Source: an uncultured Atribacterota bacterium
Lineage (GTDB): Bacteria > Atribacterota > Phoenicimicrobiia > Phoenicimicrobiales > Stramentimicrobiaceae
Reading direction: 5' to 3'
Assembly (NCBI GenBank): GCA_964404675.1
Contig: CAYOLB010000348.1
Location: forward strand, 1-42,705
Length of the DNA: 42,705 bases
A model generated the notes under the pieces. It searched no databases. It was given only the letters and a program-made list of their open reading frames with translations, and was not told the origin of the DNA. The position numbers were made by a program, and so were the translations under genes. Positions 39,345-42,705 of this stretch are shown piece by piece (position 1 is the stretch's first letter; each line of letters starts with the position of its first letter).

Positions 39345-39938
39345 CTACAGGTTCCCTTCTTCATTATTATTCTGGTTCTGATTGTTTCTAATATCATTCC
39401 AGTCACTCTTTTCGTTATTCGAGTTCATCTTCATTTTAATATTCTCTATTGCTTTATCCTCAATATTATTTGACTCTAACTTTTCAGGTTCTTCTATCAT
39501 TTCTTCATCAAACATCCGAATATGAAGTTTTAAAGTATTTTTAAACTTCTCCAGAAGGAGGTACTTTCTTTTTTTAAGAGATTCTATCTCGTTATTGATA
39601 TCATAAATTTCTTGTTTGGCCTGTTGCTTTATTCTCTCAGCTTCAATTTTGGCATTTTCTATCATTACCTGAGCTTCTTTTTGGACATTATCTTTTATAT
39701 TTGAAGCACTTTTTTGAGCATTTACCAGTGCACTTCTCAAAGTTTCATCCATTTTGGAATACTCCTCCATCCTGGACTGTAGCCTTTCTACTTCCTCTTT
39801 TAGTTTGATATTTTCATTGAGCACCTCTTCGTAATCCTTGGCAATTCTATCTAAGAAATCATCTACTTCTTCTTCATTGTATCCTCTAAAGGATCTATTA
39901 AACTGTTGCTGCTCAATATCCATCGGGGTTATTTTCAT
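39345..39938 (-). CDS. divIVA: Cell-division protein DivIVA (with N/Q-rich C-terminal tail)
   Basis: MKITPMDIEQQQFNRSFRGYNEEEVDDFLD is the DivIVA N-terminal lipid-binding motif. A coiled-coil follows. Confidence 0.9.
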   Translation of the reverse strand: MKITPMDIEQQQFNRSFRGYNEEEVDDFLDRIAKDYEEVLNENIKLKEEVERLQSRMEEYSKMDETLRSALVNAQKSASNIKDNVQKEAQVMIENAKIEAERIKQQAKQEIYDINNEIESLKKRKYLLLEKFKNTLKLHIRMFDEEMIEEPEKLESNNIEDKAIENIKMKMNSNNEKSDWNDIRNNQNQNNNEEGNL

Positions 39939-40012
39939 TAATCGCCCTCCTTCTAATTGACTATCTACTTTAACTTTGAATTTAATTATTTATTAATTAT
40001 TAATATGTGATA

Positions 40013-40279
40013 TTAAAATAAATTAACTATTAACTTTATCAAGGACGTCCTTAATAGATTTAATAAAAAAAACACAATAATGGGTGACAAATCAATCCCC
40101 ATTCCACCTAATGGTAAAATTATCCGGAATGGAGCCAATATTGGTTCAGTAACCTGGTATATAACCCTTATAATAGGATTTGTACGGTCAACTGGTAACC
40201 AGGATAGAAATATTCTAGCTAATATAAGGTAGCTATAAATTCTAAAAACTATATTAATAATATTAATTATAAAATACAT
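40013..40279 (-). CDS. YggT/YlmG-family membrane protein
   Basis: 88 aa with two TM segments. The sequence IFRIYSYLILARIFLSWLP matches the YggT motif. Its position upstream of divIVA is conserved. Confidence 0.8.
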   Translation of the reverse strand: MYFIINIINIVFRIYSYLILARIFLSWLPVDRTNPIIRVIYQVTEPILAPFRIILPLGGMGIDLSPIIVFFLLNLLRTSLIKLIVNLF

Positions 40280-40305
40280 AAATTTTCCTAATCATTTCTT
40301 ATTTT

Positions 40306-40992
40306 TCATTCAAACTTTTCTTTTATTCTTTGTCCGTCTACAATATAAACAACCCTTTCAGCCAGGTTTCCCGCATGATCACCTATTCTCTCTAAATTAT
40401 CTGAAATAAAAATCAAATGGATGGCACGACTGATGGTATGGGGATCTTCAAGCATAAAAGTAAGTAACTCGCGAAAAATCTGTTGGTTTATTTGATCAAC
40501 TAATTTATCTTTTTCCCAAACAGATTTTGCTAATTCAACATCTCCCCTAAGATAGGCATCAAGGCTATCCTTTAACATATCTTTGGTAATCTCTGCCATC
40601 CTTGGAATATCTACTAATGGCTTCACCATCGGTTTTGAAGATAGATATTGACTAGCTGCAGCAATATTAGCAGCACGGTCACCTACTCTTTCTAAATCAG
40701 AAATTGCTTTCATGGCAGAGGTAATAACCCTCAACTTCTTCGAAACAGGATGTTTCAAGGCAATCAATTGTAAGCACTGCTCTTCAATATCCAATTCCAT
40801 TCTGTCTACCTTTTCATCATTATCAATAACTTGTTGTGCCAATCCAGTATCTTTCTCAACCAAAGATTGTATTGCTTCTCCTAATGAATTCCTGACCATT
40901 TCTGACATCTTTACCAAATTATCTCTTAACTCTACTAATTCATCCTTAAAAATTGCTATTAATTCTTTATCTTCATTAATTTTTTGTCCCAT
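40306..40992 (-). CDS. phoU: Phosphate signalling complex protein PhoU; start probably at MGQKINEDKEL rather than the ORF-track start at 41046
   Basis: Two PhoU repeats each carry E(R)VGDRAANIA / ERIGDHAGNLAE. A TTGAAA-17/18-TAT(A)TTAT promoter-like element lies inside the ORF-track 5' extension. Confidence 0.85.
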   Translation of the reverse strand: MGQKINEDKELIAIFKDELVELRDNLVKMSEMVRNSLGEAIQSLVEKDTGLAQQVIDNDEKVDRMELDIEEQCLQLIALKHPVSKKLRVITSAMKAISDLERVGDRAANIAAASQYLSSKPMVKPLVDIPRMAEITKDMLKDSLDAYLRGDVELAKSVWEKDKLVDQINQQIFRELLTFMLEDPHTISRAIHLIFISDNLERIGDHAGNLAERVVYIVDGQRIKEKFE

Positions 40993-41180
40993 AATTTTAT
41001 AATCCTGTAAAAAATTAGCTTTGTAAGCTTTCATATAATATAACAAAAAAGGCTCTTTTTTTCAATTAAATAAAAAATAAATAAAACCATTGCCTAAATA
41101 GCATTGACAGTTAGCCTTAATAATCTAAAGACAAAGGTTTTAAAAGAATATCTAATTAAAATATTCAATTTTTCTAGAAA

Positions 41181-41933
41181 TCAGGTTATCCGGCTTTTTT
41201 GCTTCTTTAGTGCGCTTCCACCCAAATATGCTTCCTGTACTTTTTTATCATTTTTCAGTTCTGATGACAATCCACTAATTGTAATATTCCCGGTTTCCAA
41301 TACATATCCCCGGTTAGAGATAGCCAGAGCTTTCCGGGCATTTTGCTCTACAAGCAAAATAGCAACACCCTGCTCATTTATTTCTTTAATTATTTGAAAA
41401 ATTTGTTTTACCAATAAAGGGGCAAGACCTAAAGATGGCTCGTCCAAAAGCAATAATTCTGGATCACTCATCAATCCCCTGCCTATAGCAAGCATCTGTT
41501 GCTCTCCACCAGATAATGTTCCAGCTAATTGTTCCTTCCTCTTTTTTAATATAGGGAATAAATTATAAGCTCGGTCTTTTCTCTCTGAGACAAGCTTTTG
41601 ATCACCTCTTCGGTTAAAGGCACCTAAATGCAAATTTTCTTCAACAGTAAGGGTAGCAAAGACATGCCTTCCTTCAGGTACATGGGAAATACCATCAATA
41701 ACTATCTTATAAGCTTCTCTTTTTTTTAAGGATTTTCCTCTAAATATCATTTCACCATCGTGGACAGGAACCAAACCGGATATAGCCCTCAATAAGGTAC
41801 TTTTCCCAGCACCATTAGCACCTAAAACACTTACAATTTCACCTTTTTCAACATCCAGGGAAATTCCTTTCAATGCTCGAACTGAGCCATAATAAATATG
41901 AAGATTATTAATTGTTAATAATTTATCTGTCAA
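41181..41933 (-). CDS. livF: Branched-chain amino acid ABC transporter ATP-binding protein (LivF-like)
   Basis: Walker A is GANGAGKSTLL. The ABC signature is LSGGEQQML. Walker B is LLLDEPSLGL. Confidence 0.9.
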   Translation of the reverse strand: MTDKLLTINNLHIYYGSVRALKGISLDVEKGEIVSVLGANGAGKSTLLRAISGLVPVHDGEMIFRGKSLKKREAYKIVIDGISHVPEGRHVFATLTVEENLHLGAFNRRGDQKLVSERKDRAYNLFPILKKRKEQLAGTLSGGEQQMLAIGRGLMSDPELLLLDEPSLGLAPLLVKQIFQIIKEINEQGVAILLVEQNARKALAISNRGYVLETGNITISGLSSELKNDKKVQEAYLGGSALKKQKSRIT

Positions 41934-41935
41934 AA

Positions 41936-42705
41936 TTATATATCCTCCTCTTCCTCTTTCCCCAGGTATGCCTCAATAACAACTGGATTGCTATAAACAT
42001 CCTCAGGTTTTCCTTCTGCGATCTTCTTGCCCTCATCCATTACTGTAACCCAATCAGAAATACCCATTACTACATTCATATCATGTTCGATAAGTAAAAT
42101 AGTCAGGTCTTCTTTTATCAATTCATTAAGAAAATTCATCAGATCTTCAGATTCTTTATCATTCAAACCACTACTTGGCTCATCAAGTATTAATAAGTCC
42201 GGATAACTGGCTAAAGCCCTGGCAATTTCCAATAATCTTTGATTACCATAGGCAATATTCTTTGCTAGTTCATTTTTATAAGAAATCAGCCCAACTTGTT
42301 CTAATCTTCTTTCAGCTACTTCCTGTATCTTTCTTTCTTCTTTGATTTGTGAGGGTAATCGAAAGATGGATGGCCATACTCCTGATTGACTGCGTGCATG
42401 CTGCCCGGACATTACATTCTCCAGGCAGGTCATACTTTGAAAAAGCCTTATATTTTGGAAAGTTCGTGCGATTCCCTTGGCTAATATCTGATGAGGTTTT
42501 AACCCAGCTAATTTTTCTCCTTTGAAAAAATATTGTCCGCCATCAGGTTGGTAAATACCAGTAATAACATTAAAAACAGTTGTTTTCCCAGCACCATTTG
42601 GCCCTATAATGCTACTTATTTTACCTTTTTTTACTATTAAATCTATCTGATTAACAGCAACCAGCCCACCAAATCGCTTGGTTAATTTTTTTGTTTCTAA
42701 TACTA
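41936..42705 (-). CDS. livG: Branched-chain amino acid ABC transporter ATP-binding protein (LivG-like), 5' end beyond window. The ORF track shows only the part after an internal Met
   Basis: The minus frame is open to the window edge. It reads ...LETKKLTKRFGGLVAVNQIDLIVKKGKISSIIGPNGAGKTTVFNVITG... (Walker A), then LSYGNQRLLEIARAL and ILDEPSSGL. It is 2 nt from livF. Confidence 0.9.
   Translation of the reverse strand, partial: VLETKKLTKRFGGLVAVNQIDLIVKKGKISSIIGPNGAGKTTVFNVITGIYQPDGGQYFFKGEKLAGLKPHQILAKGIARTFQNIRLFQSMTCLENVMSGQHARSQSGVWPSIFRLPSQIKEERKIQEVAERRLEQVGLISYKNELAKNIAYGNQRLLEIARALASYPDLLILDEPSSGLNDKESEDLMNFLNELIKEDLTILLIEHDMNVVMGISDWVTVMDEGKKIAEGKPEDVYSNPVVIEAYLGKEEEEDI

Noticed and set aside
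40993-41046. The ORF-track N-terminal extension of phoU reads MLYYMKAYKANFLQDYKI.
   Set aside because: It carries a promoter-like TTGAAA...TATTAT element. It has no RBS. PhoU family proteins begin near MGQK...EL.
41912-42097. A plus-strand 61-aa ORF lies inside livG.
   Set aside because: It is antisense to a confidently identified minus-strand gene and has no recognisable motif.

Overview
This 42.7-kb window is low-GC (~30-35%), densely coded (~90%) chromosomal DNA, mostly on the minus strand. It carries classic Firmicutes-like housekeeping synteny. I found no rRNA, CRISPR array, transposase or integrase.

Conserved gene order:
- hflK-hflC at the left edge.
- ligA-gatC-gatA-gatB.
- yicC-remA-gmk-coaBC-priA-def-fmt-rsmB, followed by a PASTA protein and dprA.
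- phoU-yggT-divIVA followed by a T-box leader, then ileS-lspA-rluD.
- livG-livF at the right edge.

Other identified genes: a rubredoxin and flavodiiron-protein pair (anaerobe signature), the first of which is missing from the ORF track; surE; a COG2509 FAD protein; thrC; a PpiC-type PPIase; an M14/AstE-family peptidase; VanW; RqcH.

Two tRNA genes are present, tRNA-Gly(CCC) on the plus strand and tRNA-Pro(GGG) on the minus strand. Each has a near-consensus sigma-70 promoter.

The least ordinary stretch is nt ~1325-8981. There a TIGR00725/LOG-family gene sits in an apparent operon with a single 549-aa ORF that fuses a DEDD-intact RNase H-like domain, a SWIM zinc finger and a D-isomer 2-hydroxyacid dehydrogenase domain. 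I do not know of this architecture being described. Divergently from that operon lie two translationally coupled genes of unknown function. Two secreted proteins of unknown function follow.

Other points worth a second look:
- A priA orthologue in which all ATPase/helicase catalytic motifs are degenerate.
- A stand-alone PASTA protein where a PrkC-type kinase is expected.
- A GC-rich 15-mer repeated upstream of two minus-strand operons.
- Several structured intergenic elements.
- Frequent TTG or other non-ATG starts.

Everything here is read by eye from the sequence. Homology statements rest on recognised motifs, not on database searches.
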